This document shows, one piece after another, positions 9,115-19,483 of a stretch of 20,000 nt of DNA (positions are counted from its first letter, which is position 1; each line of letters starts with the position of its first letter). Position numbers and translations under genes: made by a program. The notes beneath the pieces were generated by a model. The model made no database searches and was not told the DNA's origin. It saw nothing but the letters and a program-made list of their open reading frames with translations. Origin of the DNA: Chiloscyllium plagiosum (Eukaryota); contig NC_057720.1 of NCBI RefSeq assembly GCF_004010195.1, positions 29,418,569-29,438,568 of the forward strand, given 5' to 3'.

Positions 9115-10585
9115 CCTATCTGTAGTCAATTTCATCGCCATCTGAGATTCGACCGTCTATGGTGGTGTCATCAGCGAACTTGTAAATTGCATTAGTCTGG
9201 TATTTGGTGATGCAGTCATGGGTATACAGTGAGTACAGTAGAGGGCTGAGTTTGCACTCCTGGGGGGCTTCAGTGTTGAGAGTAAGTAAGGATGAAATAT
9301 TGTCCCAATCTTCACTGATTGAGGCCTGTGGGTCAGAGAACTGAGGATCCAGTTGCAGAGAGTGGCGCTTAGTCCAATATCACTAAGTTTAGTAATCAGT
9401 CTCGAGGGGACAATAGTGTTGAAGGCTGAACTGTAGTCAATGAGTAGGATTCTTATGTAGCTGTTCTTGGTGTCAATATGTTCTAGGGAGGAGTGAAGGG
9501 CAAGTGATATGGCATCTGATGTGGATCTGTTGGTCTGATAGGCAAATTGGAGTGGGTCAAGAGTAGTGGGGAGGCTGGATTTGATTAATGCCATGACCAG
9601 CCTTTCAAAGCACTTCATGAGCCACTGGGCGGTAGTCATTGAGGCATACTGCATGAGCCTTCTCAGGCACAGGGATGATGTCGGCCCTTTTGTAACAGGC
9701 AGGGAGAGTGGCCTGCTGCAGGAAGAGGTTAAAGATGTCTGAGAAGATCTCTGCGTGCTCTGAGTGCGCGGCCTGGTGCTCTGACTGGTCCCATCGCTTT
9801 CCTTGAATTCACACAAAGGAAAACTGACCTGTCCTCTGATGCAGTGATTGTTGGGATAGGTTTGTCAGGACCTGTCAGAATGGTGTTACCTCTCTGCCAA
9901 AATTCTGCTCAAAGTGAGCATAAAAGGTTTTGAGACGGTCTGGGAAGGATATATCATCATTTTCTATCTTGCGCTGTCTCTTTTTCGAACCTGTGATATC
10001 ATTCAGTCCTTGCCATAGTCGCTGGATGTCTGTCTGGTTCTCTAGTTTGGATCGGTATTTGACTCTTTTTATTTCCAAGTGCTTGTGTCCATGAACAGAG
10101 GTGCTTTATTCCCTATTTTGATCTCTTTTGAAACAGACTGTTGCTTTGTGAAGTTCAATTATTAAAGTGACCTGCAACAAAATTGTCTTTGTGCTTAAAT
10201 TAGAATTAATGTTTATCCATGTATTCAAGCCTGGGAGATAATTGTCATAATATGCATGCATACAAAGAAAAGAGAAAGAGAAACATTTCCACCAAAGAAT
10301 AACTTAGAAAATACAGATATAAATTCACATGATATATGGAGTCCAGTGAATTTTTCTTCCTGCAAGAAATCAGATTCAGGAGGGCTTGGCCTCCTGAAGG
10401 GCCAGGAGTTGCAGAACTTGTTTTGTCTTTGACAGAAGTGCAACAGTATTAGGTTGATTTTTCAAGAAAATTAATTTATGTTTCCATTCAATATAATTAT
10501 TCTTGAGGAACTAAGTTTCAAGGATGCTCAGACTGGAGGGAGAATTAGCTAAGGCGTGAGTCTGGCTGTGGTGTCACCAATAAAG

Positions 10586-10812
10586 TTCTCCCCGTGTCTG
10601 CGTGGGTTTCCTCTGGGTGCTCCGGTTTCCTCCCACAGTCCAAAGATGTGCAGGTTAGGTGAAATGGCCATGCTAAATTGCCTGTAGTGTTAGGTGAAGG
10701 GGTAAATGTAGGTGAATGGGTCTGAGTGGATTGTTCTTCGGAGGGTCGGTGTGGACTTGTTGGGCTGAAGGGCCTGTTTCCATACTGTAAGTAATCTAAA
10801 TCTAAATCTAAA
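10586..10812 (+). mobile_element. 5'-truncated HE1-type V-SINE
   Basis: V-domain 'ttctccccgtgtctgcgtgggtttcctctgggtgctccggtttcctcccacagtccaaagatgtgc'; 3' end 'gtggacttgttgggctgaagggcctgtttcc' and (AATCTA)n tail. Homologous to 13564-13891. Confidence 0.92.
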
Positions 10813-10815
10813 TAT

Positions 10816-10930
10816 GCCTACGTGTGACCCTAGACACACAGCAAAGTGGTTAACACTTAACTGCCCTCTGGGCAATAGCCCACTGGCCTAGCCAATGATA
10901 TGCTTATCCTGTAAATGAATTTACAAAAAT
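10816..10930 (+). mobile_element. 3' fragment of a second shark tRNA-derived SINE family
   Basis: 'gcctacgtgtgaccctagacacacagcaaagtggttaacacttaactgccctctgggcaat...ctggcctagcca...tgaatttacaaaaa' resembles a common shark SINE 3' half. Its tail is related to the LINE end at 4255-4410. Confidence 0.65.
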
Positions 10931-11113
10931 ATTAACAGTAGACTGATTTTAACTAGACTAAGGCAAGGTTTCATAACTTACCAAAGACCAGAGGAGTTTA
11001 GGTAAGATATGCTTATCCTGTAAATGAATTTACAAAATATTAACAGTAGACTGATTTTAACTAGACTAAGGCAAGGTTTCATAACTTACCAAAGACCAGA
11101 GGAGTTTAGGTAA
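10897..11113. repeat. Near-perfect tandem duplication (109 bp + 108 bp)
   Basis: 10897-11005 and 11006-11113 both run 'gatatgcttatcctg...gaggagtttaggtaa'. The only difference I see is one A in an A-run. Confidence 0.97.
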
Positions 11114-12712
11114 TGTGATGGGGTTGCTAGGTGAGTTTCTTTACCTAATGGTGTCATTTCTATGCTTCTGGTTTAAACCATTGTTCATCATATAAACTAG
11201 GCAATAGGATATTAACACTTGTTCAAGCATAGTGTAGTTAAAGGTTACTCTTAGTTTATCAGATCCTAGTGGGGATACATGATATATATTCTTTTGTGTT
11301 TGTTGACTATAAAGTACTTACAATGTCAAGCTGTCAGATCCCAACTGGAGAGTATCTAGAATTCTGTCCTCATTACTGCTGCTTGGAAGTTTTCGGAAAT
11401 TGTAGTCAACTTGTATCTGATCAGCAACAGCTATGCTTTAGTCCACCAAAGTCCATATTTTAAAAATATATACTCTTTAAAAACAATTTATGATCTCTTT
11501 TAGACTAGTGGACCTACAATGTAACTGATTGTGTTGACAACTGCTATGTAACTGATTTTGTTCAAGCTGCTGACATTTCTAAGGGCAGTTAATCTGCACT
11601 TTGCACTGATGATTTAATTGTGAGAGATAAAGATTCCTTCATATTTGTGCATGGAAGCAACTAGTATGAACCAAAACACATTGAATTCTTCTCCTTTTTT
11701 GCAGGTATCTTCAAGGCCTAGTTCACCTACAACATTCTCTCAGCCTGTGTCCTTCAGGGCATTCAGTCTGACTTCCTGTCTTTCCATCTTTTCCCTGTTT
11801 TACTAATGGGTGGCAGAGTATCAAATTAGTGCTCGTGTTTGGAATACTTTCTCCCCGAATCCCTCTGCTTTCACCTCTAGAATCACAAAAAAGCTCTCAA
11901 ATACTTTTGGCAAGTCTCCATTATTAGTTTGTTATCTGAAATGAAATGGGATGGGATATTTCCAAGGCCTTCATCAATGTTGTTTTTATATTTCATAACA
12001 TTTACAAGAAATGTTCCTATTATCATACTTGTAAAATGATCTTAATGGAAATAAAAATGCCTATAGCTGAATATTTTGCAACAAAGGCAGATGAGTTATC
12101 AATCATACTTTCACTTTTTTATTGTAGAAGAGTTTCTGCTCACAGATGTTCATTCTAGCTGTCTTGTCACATTAGGTAAGGTGACATTCAACAACAAAAT
12201 ATCATTATAATTACAAATGCTTAACTTTAGATGAAATTGTAGGCAATTAAGTCTGAAAAACAGCCAGAGGACAAATGAAGAAAAATATTTGAACACATTT
12301 CTGCATTACCATTTATCAACCCAATGGCACGATGCCCATTATTCCTGTTCATGTTCAAAACATTGCTAAATTCTGTGGAAATCAGTAATGGGATATCAAT
12401 CAATTAGGTGTGATAATTGAGATAGAAGGTTATGAGATAATTGACATAGCTCCACCTAGCTAATTTATAAAAGGCATGACATTGTGACCCCTGAGAAATT
12501 CTTTTTCTTGAGAAACATTGGTCTCTAAAGTGGACCAGTGAAAATGTTTAATGTGCTGACTCAAGAAACCTGCGATGGGATTTTGACTGCGGATTTACAA
12601 CATTGCTCTAGATGCGCATATTATGGAAAACTATTGTCCCACAAAATGGTGTGTAGCACTACATTTTCCAAAACTACTATTATTTGTTATAATTGGTAGG
12701 ATAGAAGTTGAA

Positions 12713-13130
12713 TATTGCTGAAAAAGACACATTTTGTCAAACCATTTCATCTTGCACTCATAAGAATCATTTGCACGAAATACCAAAGCAAAGAACACAA
12801 GATTTACACTCTGTGAAGGGGCAGTACTGACTGTACACATACTTCACCTGTTTCACTTTAACAAAATAGGTGACAGTGATTCTCTGGTTGTTTCTCAGGA
12901 CAGCGCCTTGACAAGTCAAAGACAACTTGCATTGTTTAAAATTAAAAGGAAGCTTCATAAGTGATCGACATTCATCAGTAATTCATGCATTCTCCATGGT
13001 GATGCCTCTACCAATCAGAACTCTCTTCACATTTGGTTCAAATGCTGCCTTTACTTTGGTGTTTCTTGTGTGTAGCCCTCACAAGTGGGAGAGAAAAATC
13101 TTCAACAAATTGTGTCCTTTTACGGCAATA
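12713..13130 (+). mobile_element. Old Penelope-like element 3' end with an inverted partial pLTR (fold-back)
   Basis: Left arm 'tattgctgaaaaagacacattttgtcaaa...gaaataccaaagcaaag' (12713-~12793) is the approximate reverse complement of the right arm 'ctttactttggtgtttc...caacaaattgtgtccttttacggcaata' (~13049-13130). The interior 'cattctccatggtgatgcctctaccaatcaga' resembles shark PLE 3' regions. Confidence 0.7.
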
Positions 13131-13563
13131 AGCAAACATTATTTTACAACTATATAGATGCTTTGCATTCCTCAAAATAAATTAGAGAGGCCATTGTGAT
13201 AATAAGTTAGTTAAGATCTAACAAGGGAAACTCAGGGTTGGAACAACAAAGAGAAACAAAGTCATTATCAAATGTAATTAATGTCTGGTCACCGTATCTC
13301 TTTGACAAACTTTACAAGAAAAAGGAACTTCTATAAATTTATGTGATATGATTAAAATATCCTTGACATACCTGTCCAAGACAATAAATCAAATAACATA
13401 AGACAAGCAAAACATATGTGACTTCTAAACCTTTTGGTAACTTTGGTACTACTACAGCAGTTTTGCAATTATAAGGAGTTATGAAGTAATTGATCATAAA
13501 AACATAATTATAAGAATCATAATGATCATAAGAACAAAAGAAAACCAGTCACCCATCAGCTGT

Positions 13564-13891
13564 GAGGTGGCATGGTGGCGCAGTGGCTAGCACTGCCGCC
13601 TCACAGTACCAGAGACCCGGGTTCAATTCCTGCCTCGGGCAACTGTCTGTGTGAAGTTTGCATTTTCTCCCCGTGTCTGCTTCGGTTTCCTCCCACAGTC
13701 CAAAGATGTGCAGGTTTGGTGAATTGGTCATGCTAAATTGTGCACCCAATACCCTATTACATGCATTAGTCAGGAGTAAATATCAGGTAGGGTAATGTGT
13801 GTGGGTGGATTGCTGTTCAGAAGGTTGGTGTGGACTTGTTGGGCAAAATGGCCTGTTTCCATGCTGTAGGGAATCTAATCTAAAAAAAAAA
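13564..13891 (+). mobile_element. Near full-length HE1-type V-SINE (tRNA-derived)
   Basis: Pol III A box TGGCGCAGTGG (13576-13586), B box GGTTCAATTCC (13620-13630), V-domain with a small deletion, 3' 'gtggacttgttgggcaaaatggcctgtttcc..gaatctaatctaaaaaaaaaa'. Confidence 0.95.
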
Positions 13892-14043
13892 CTGGTTCAT
13901 GATTCATTTAGACTATGGTTTACTCCATTTATTGACCTTTTCTCTTACTGAATACAATCTAATCTTAATCATGAAATTGTAATTAACCCACCATTCATAT
14001 TCTCTTAGGAGAGAGAGGTCTTGATTTCCACTACTGCTGCATC

Positions 14044-14119
14044 AGCTCAGCAGGTCTGGCAGCTTCTGTGGAGAGAAACCAGAGTGAATGTTTTAGGTTC
14101 AATGACACTTCCTCAGAAC
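14044..14119 (-). mobile_element. Penelope-like pLTR fragment with decayed hammerhead motif
   Basis: 'ctcagcaggtctggcagcttctgtggagagaaaccagagtgaatgttttaggttcaatgacacttcctcagaac'. Minus strand has CTGAGGA, but the GAAA core is mutated. It appears to sit within a decayed antisense CR1 tail (~13500-14210). Confidence 0.65.
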
Positions 14120-14239
14120 AGCAAAGAAATATTTTTTCCTGTACTTTCCCCACTGCATTCCTTTATCATTTTAAACACCCCACACTGTGCCTCTGAGAAA
14201 ACCATTCAAAATAAAAGAAAGGAATAAGAAGGTGCTGCT

Positions 14240-14379
14240 GAAAAGGATTCTGGGAGGAGTCATCTCAGTAACTTTGACTGAGGAGGGAGCGCAGAAGAGC
14301 TGGTGTCAGCAAACCGTGTGAGGGCATCCAACAGAGGGTGCAGCTGAGAAGGATTCTGGGAGAAGTCGTCTCAGTCACT
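14240..14379 (+). repeat. ~33-bp direct repeat pair in the CR1 5' region
   Basis: 'gaaaaggattctgggaggagtcatctcagtaact' (14240-14273) vs 'gagaaggattctgggagaagtcgtctcagtcact' (14346-14379). Confidence 0.85.
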
Positions 14380-16901
14380 ACCCAGGAGTGAATAAAAGGA
14401 AGGTAAGCCAGAATGGAGCGGGAATTTTGAGAAGGTTGCAGTGCTGCTGGAGGTTTAAGTGTAGGCTTAAATGAATAACTTCAGTGAGGACGGGGAGCAG
14501 CAGTGAGGTAAGGCAGTCAGAGTAGGACCAAACTACTACAGCTTCTGAAGACATGAGGTTAAAGGAGAAGTAGAACAAAATTTAATTGTGAAGTCACAGG
14601 CAGCAGGTAAATGAGCAACTGGTGAGTAGTATCTTTTCTCTCTTACTCTCTCTTCACTTTGCTACTGTTGTTAACTTAAGGGTTACATTATAGCAGGGGA
14701 TCTCAGACCTGTGTCATGCTCCTACTGTGCGATGTGGGAATTCAGGGACCGTTCTGATATCCCTAACTCCTTCATGTGCAGGAAGCGTGTCCAGCTGCAG
14801 CTCCTGTTTGATTACTTGATGGCTCTGGAGCTGGGGCTGGATTCACTTTGGAGCATCCAGGAGGCTGAGGGCATCATGGATAGGATGATCAGTAATTTGG
14901 TCATACAGCAGATAAAATTACTGAGGAATATAAGGAATGGGTGACCAACAGACGGACAGAGGAAGAATAGGAAGGCAGTGCAGGGGTCCCCTGCAATCAT
15001 CTCCCTCCAAAACAGATGTACCATTTTGGATATTGTTGGGGAAGATGGCTCACCAGGGGAAGAAGGAAGCAGCCAGGTTCATGGCATTGTGACTGGTTCT
15101 GCTGCACAGGAGGGCAGGAAAAAGAGTGGCAGAGCTATAGTGATAGAGAATTCAACTGTAAGGGGAATAAATTGGCATTTTTGCGGCCGCAAATATAAGT
15201 CCAAGATGGTATGTTGCCTCCTTGGTGCAAGTGTCAAGGATGTCTTGGAATGGCTGCTGGACATTCTGGGGTGCAAGGGTGAAAAGCCAGCTATCGTGGC
15301 ACATATAGGCACGATATAGGTAAAAAATTGAATGAGGTCCTACAAACTGAATTTAGGGAGTTAGGAGTTAAACTAAAAAGTAGGACCTCAAAGTTAGTAA
15401 TCTCAAGATTGCTATCTGTGCCACATGCTAGTCATAGCAGGAATGGCAGGATGACTAAGATGAATACATAGCTTGAATGATGGTGCAAAAGGGAGGGATT
15501 CAAATTCCTGGGACATTGGAACAGGTTCTGAGGGTGATGGGACCAATACAAACAGAACGGTCTGCATCTAGCCAGGACTGGAACCAATGTCGTGTTGGGA
15601 ATGTTTGCTGGTGCTGTTGGGGAGGGTTTAAACTAATATGGCAGCGGGATGGGAACCAATACAGGAAGTTGGAGGGAAGTAAAGTGCGGACAGAAACAAA
15701 GGACAGTAAGGGGAAAAGTGAAGGTAGAAGACAGAGAAACCAAAGACAAACATCAAAAGAGCCACATTTCACAATGATTCTAAAAGGGCCATAAATGTTA
15801 AAACAAATGAGCCTGAAGGCTCTGTATCTCAGTGCAAGATGCATTTGTAATAAGGTGATGAATTAACTGCACAAACAGTTGTTAATGAATATGATATAAT
15901 TGGGATCACAGAGATTAGATTCCAGGGTGACTAAGGATGGGAACTCACCATTCAGGGTTATTCAATTTTCACGAGAGATAGACAGAAAGGAAAGGGAGGT
16001 GTGGTAATGTTGCTGGTTAAGGAAGAGATTAACACAATAGTAAGGTATTGTGGACAATGTGGAATCTATATGGGTGGAACTACAGAATATCAAAGGGAAA
16101 AAGACATTAGTTGAAGGTAGTGTACAGACGACCAAACAGTAGTTGTGATGTTGGGGACTGTATTAAACAGGAAATTATAGATGCATGCAGTAAGGGTACA
16201 CCAGTTATTATGGGTAACTTCATTTTACATATGAATTGGACTAACCAAACTGATAGCAACGCGATAGGGGAGGATTTCCTGGAATGTATGAGGGATGGTT
16301 TCCTTGACCAATAAGTTGAGGAATCAAATTGAGAGCAAGCTATCCTGGACTGGGTATTGTGTAATGTGAGAGGATTAATTAGCAACATTGTGGTGTGAGA
16401 TCCTTTGGGGAAGAGTGATCATAATATGGTAGAATTCTTCATTAAGATGGAGAGTAACACAATTAATTCTGAAACTATGGTCTCCAACTTAAAGAATGCT
16501 AACTTTGATAGTATGAGGCATGCATTGGCTAGGATAATCGGGCAAAAAATGTTTAAGGAGTTGACAGTGGCAGACATTTAAAGAACACACGGATGAACTT
16601 CAACAATTGTACATCCCTGCCAGGCATAAGCGTAAAACAGGGAAGGTGGCTCAACCCTAAATAAGAAGGGAAATCAGTTAAAGCCAAAGATGAGGCATAT
16701 ACATTGGCTAGAAAGAAAAGCAGCAAACCTAATGACTGGGAGAAATTTAAAATTCAGCAGAGGAGGACAAAGAGTTTAATACAGATAGGGAAAATAGGAT
16801 ATGCCAGTAAGCTTGCAGAAAACATAAAAACTGACTGCAAAGTTTCTATGTATAAGTGGAGAAAAAAAGACTAGTGAAGTCAAATATAGTCTCCTGCAGT
16901 T

Positions 16902-17080
16902 AGAGCTGAAAATGTGTTGCTGGAAAAGCGCAGCAGGTCAGGCACCATCCAAGGAGCAGGAGAATAGACGTTTCGAGCATGAGCCTTTCTTCAGGACCCT
17001 TGGATGCTGCCTGACCTGCTGCGCTTTTCCAGCAGCACATTTTCAGCTCTGATCTCCCGCATCTGCAGTCCTCACTTTCC
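16902..17080. mobile_element. Short Penelope-like fold-back insertion in CR1 ORF2 with 12-bp TSD
   Basis: Inverted arms 16902-16954 and 16998-17050 (51/53 complementary). TSD CCTGCAGTTAGA at 16893-16904 and 17081-17092. Homologous to the PLE terminus at 19484-19580. Confidence 0.9.
16961..16996 (-). ncRNA. Minimal type I hammerhead ribozyme motif (PLE-associated), helix II weakened
   Basis: Minus strand: CC-CTGAAGA core read as 'cCTGAAGAaaggctcatgctcGAAACGTCtattct'. CUGANGA and GAAA boxes, ACGU palindromic helix III and GUC triplet are present. Confidence 0.6.
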
Positions 17081-18461
17081 CCTGCAGTTAGAATCAGGTG
17101 AATTCATAATGGACAACAAAAAGATGGCAGACCAGTTGAACAAATACTTTGGATCTGTCTTCAGTAAGGAGAACACAAATAATCTTCAGGAAATGCTAGG
17201 GGACAAAAGATCAAGCATGCAGCATGAACTGAAGGAAATCCTGACCAGTCAGGAAATGGTATTGGCGAAATTGATTAGATTAAACCCCAATAAGTCCCCA
17301 AGGCCTGATGTTCTACATCTCAGAGCACTTAAGGAAGTGGCCCTAGAAATAGTGGATGGATTGATGATCATTTTCCAACATTATGTAGACTCTGGAAGAG
17401 TTCCATTGAACTTGAGGCTTGCTAATGTAAGCCCATTCTTTAAAAAAAGGAGGGAGAGTAAATTGGGAATTATAGGCCAGTTCGCCTGACATCGTTGGTG
17501 GGGAAGATGTTGGGAGTCAATCATTAAAGATGTAATAACTGAGAGATTTGCAATGCAGTGACAGAATCGGTCCTAGTCAGCATGGATTCACTAAAAGGAA
17601 ATCATGCTTGACAAACTTTCTGGAAATTTTTTGAGGGTGTAACCAATAGCATAGACAATGGTGAATCAGTAGATGTCTTATATCTGGACTTTCAAAAGGC
17701 TTTTGACAAGGTTCCATACAAGAGGTCAGTTTGGAAAATTAAAGCTCTTGGTTTCATAGGTAATGTATTGACATGGATAGAGAACTGATTGGCAAACAGG
17801 AAGCAGAGAGTTGGAATAAATGGTTCCTTTTCAGAGTGGCAGGCAGTGACAAGGGGGATGCCACAGGGTTCAGCGCTGGGAACTCAGTTGTTCACAATAT
17901 ACATTAATGATTTGGACGAAGGAATTGAATGCCATATCTCCAAATTTGCTGATGCCACTTAGCCAGGTGGCACTGTGTGCTGTGAGAAGAATGCACAGTG
18001 GCTGCAGGGTGACTGGACAGACTGGCTGAGTGGGCAAATACTTGGCAAATGCAGCATAATGTGGTTAAATGTGGGGTTATCCACTTTGCTCACAAAAACG
18101 AAAAGGCAGATTATTATCTGAATGGTGACAGTTTAGGAAAACACGAGGTGCAATGAGACCTGGGTGTCATGGTGGAACAGTCGGTGAAGGTTGACATGCA
18201 AGAGAAGCAGGCAGTGAGGAAAGCTAATGGCAGGCTGGCCTTCATAGCAAGAGGATTTGAGGATCAGTGTAGGGATGTCTTGTTGCAGTTATAGAGTTAT
18301 ACACCTTGGGTATTACGCATAGTTTTGGCCTCCTAGTCTGAGGAAGGGTATCATTGCTATTGAGTACAGCAAAGGTTCACCAGACTGATTCTCCGGGTGG
18401 CAGGATTGATGCAGGAAGATGCAGGAAGAATGTCCTTATTGTTGGGGAAGTCCAGAGCAAG

Positions 18462-19480
18462 TGGTCATCATCCTAGTACCTGAGAAGGCATATGCAATGT
18501 GCCCTAATGACTACCACCCAGTGGCTGTCACCTCAATAATTATGAAGTGCTTCAAGAAGCTAGTCATGGCTCATATCAACTCTAGTCTCCCAGACTGCCT
18601 CGATCCCCTACAATTTGCCTAATGATGCAACAGGTCCACAGCTAACATCATATACCTAGCCCTGCACTCATCACTGGAACATCTGAACAACAAGGACACC
18701 TACATCACACTCCTGCTCATTGACTACAGGTCAGCCTTCAACATCATTATCCCCTCCATTCTGATCTCGAAAATTTCAATTCTTTGGTCTCGACTCCGCC
18801 CTCTGCAACTGGATCCTCAGCTTTCTGACCCATAGCCTGCAATCAGTGAACATAGGTAACTGTACCACCTCCACAATAGCATTCCAAACTGGAGTCCCCC
18901 CACCCACCAAGGATGCGTCCTCAGCCCCCTACTGTACTCCCTGTACACCAACGACTGTGTTGCCAAATTCTAAATGAATGCCGTGTACAAGTTCACTGAC
19001 ATCACTGTGGTAGGACGAATATCAAACAACGATGAGTCAAAATACAGAAGGGAGGTGGAGGGCTTGGTGACGTGATGCAGTGAGAATAACTTCTCTCTCA
19101 ATGTTGACAAAATTAAAGAACTGATCATTGATGTCAGAAAGAAAGGAGGCAAACCTGCCCCGATCTATATCAATGGGACTGAGGTTGAGAGAGTGGAGAG
19201 CATCAAGTTCCTCCGAGTGATGATAACCGACAACCTGTCCTGTACTTCCCATGCACATGTGACAGTCAAGAAGGCACAACAATACCTCTTCTTCATCAGG
19301 CAGGATAGGAAATTTGGTATGTCCATAAGGAACCTCAACAACTTCTACAGATGCATCATTGAAAGCATAATGATGCATAAAGGCCTGGTATGGCAACTGC
19401 TCTCTCCAGGGCTATAAGAAACTACAGAAGGTTGTGAGCGTAGTCCAGACCATCTCAGATACCAACCTTTAATCCACGGA
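18462..19480 (+). mobile_element. Second Rex1/Babar LINE fragment (RT and C-terminal region), decayed
   Basis: '[47 protein letters not shown]', '[18 protein letters not shown]'-like at ~18905-18960, 'ESIKFLRVMITDNLS..VKKAQQYLFF..NFYRCIIESI'. Confidence 0.93.
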
Positions 19481-19483
19481 TGA

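Larger units (their letters stand above)
7748..10076 (-). mobile_element. Rex1/Babar non-LTR retrotransposon, 5'-truncated, frameshifted
   Basis: RT '[43 protein letters not shown]...[13 protein letters not shown]' (9157-9816 ORF); FADDT at ~9164-9178; 'WCTENNLAPNAGKTKELNIDLRR'; C-terminal 'NFYRCAIESIL...WYGNCT..LQRVV'; 3' tail (ATTCA)n at 7748-7776. Confidence 0.93.
14225..18461 (+). mobile_element. Near full-length decayed CR1 LINE (5' UTR, ORF1, ORF2), 3' end interrupted by Rex1
   Basis: ORF1 (~14689-15640): Zn-finger 'CSYCAMWE..CRKRVQL', 'ISLQNRCTILD', esterase/SGNH-like 'AIVIENSTVRG..CCLLGASVKDV..IVAHIGT'. ORF2 (~15800-18410): APE endonuclease 'LYLSAR', 'VVYRRPNS', 'IMGNF', 'SDHN'; RT 'KSPRPDVLHLRALKE', 'YLDFQKAFDKVP', 'GMPQGSALG', 'KFADAT'. 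Many stops and frameshifts. 5' boundary approximate. Confidence 0.93.

Noticed and set aside
12531..12648. Cys-containing open stretch (GPVKMFNVLTQETCDGILTADLQHCSRCAYYGKLLSHKM) with several CpGs
   Set aside because: Poor acceptor and donor; the superficial LDLa-like 'CDG' needs a frameshift. Not supportable without transcript data.
13564..13640. tRNA gene
   Set aside because: The A and B boxes belong to the tRNA-derived head of an HE1-type SINE; it continues into the V-domain and has no convincing cloverleaf.
17004..17489. 161-aa ORF as an intact gene
   Set aside because: It is a chimera of the PLE hairpin arm and decayed CR1 ORF2, with stops and frameshifts on both sides.
18408..18429. 'gatgcaggaa' x2 micro-duplication near the CR1/Rex1 junction as a TSD
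   Set aside because: The copies are adjacent with nothing between them, so it is a slippage or deletion-repair scar in CR1, not a TSD.
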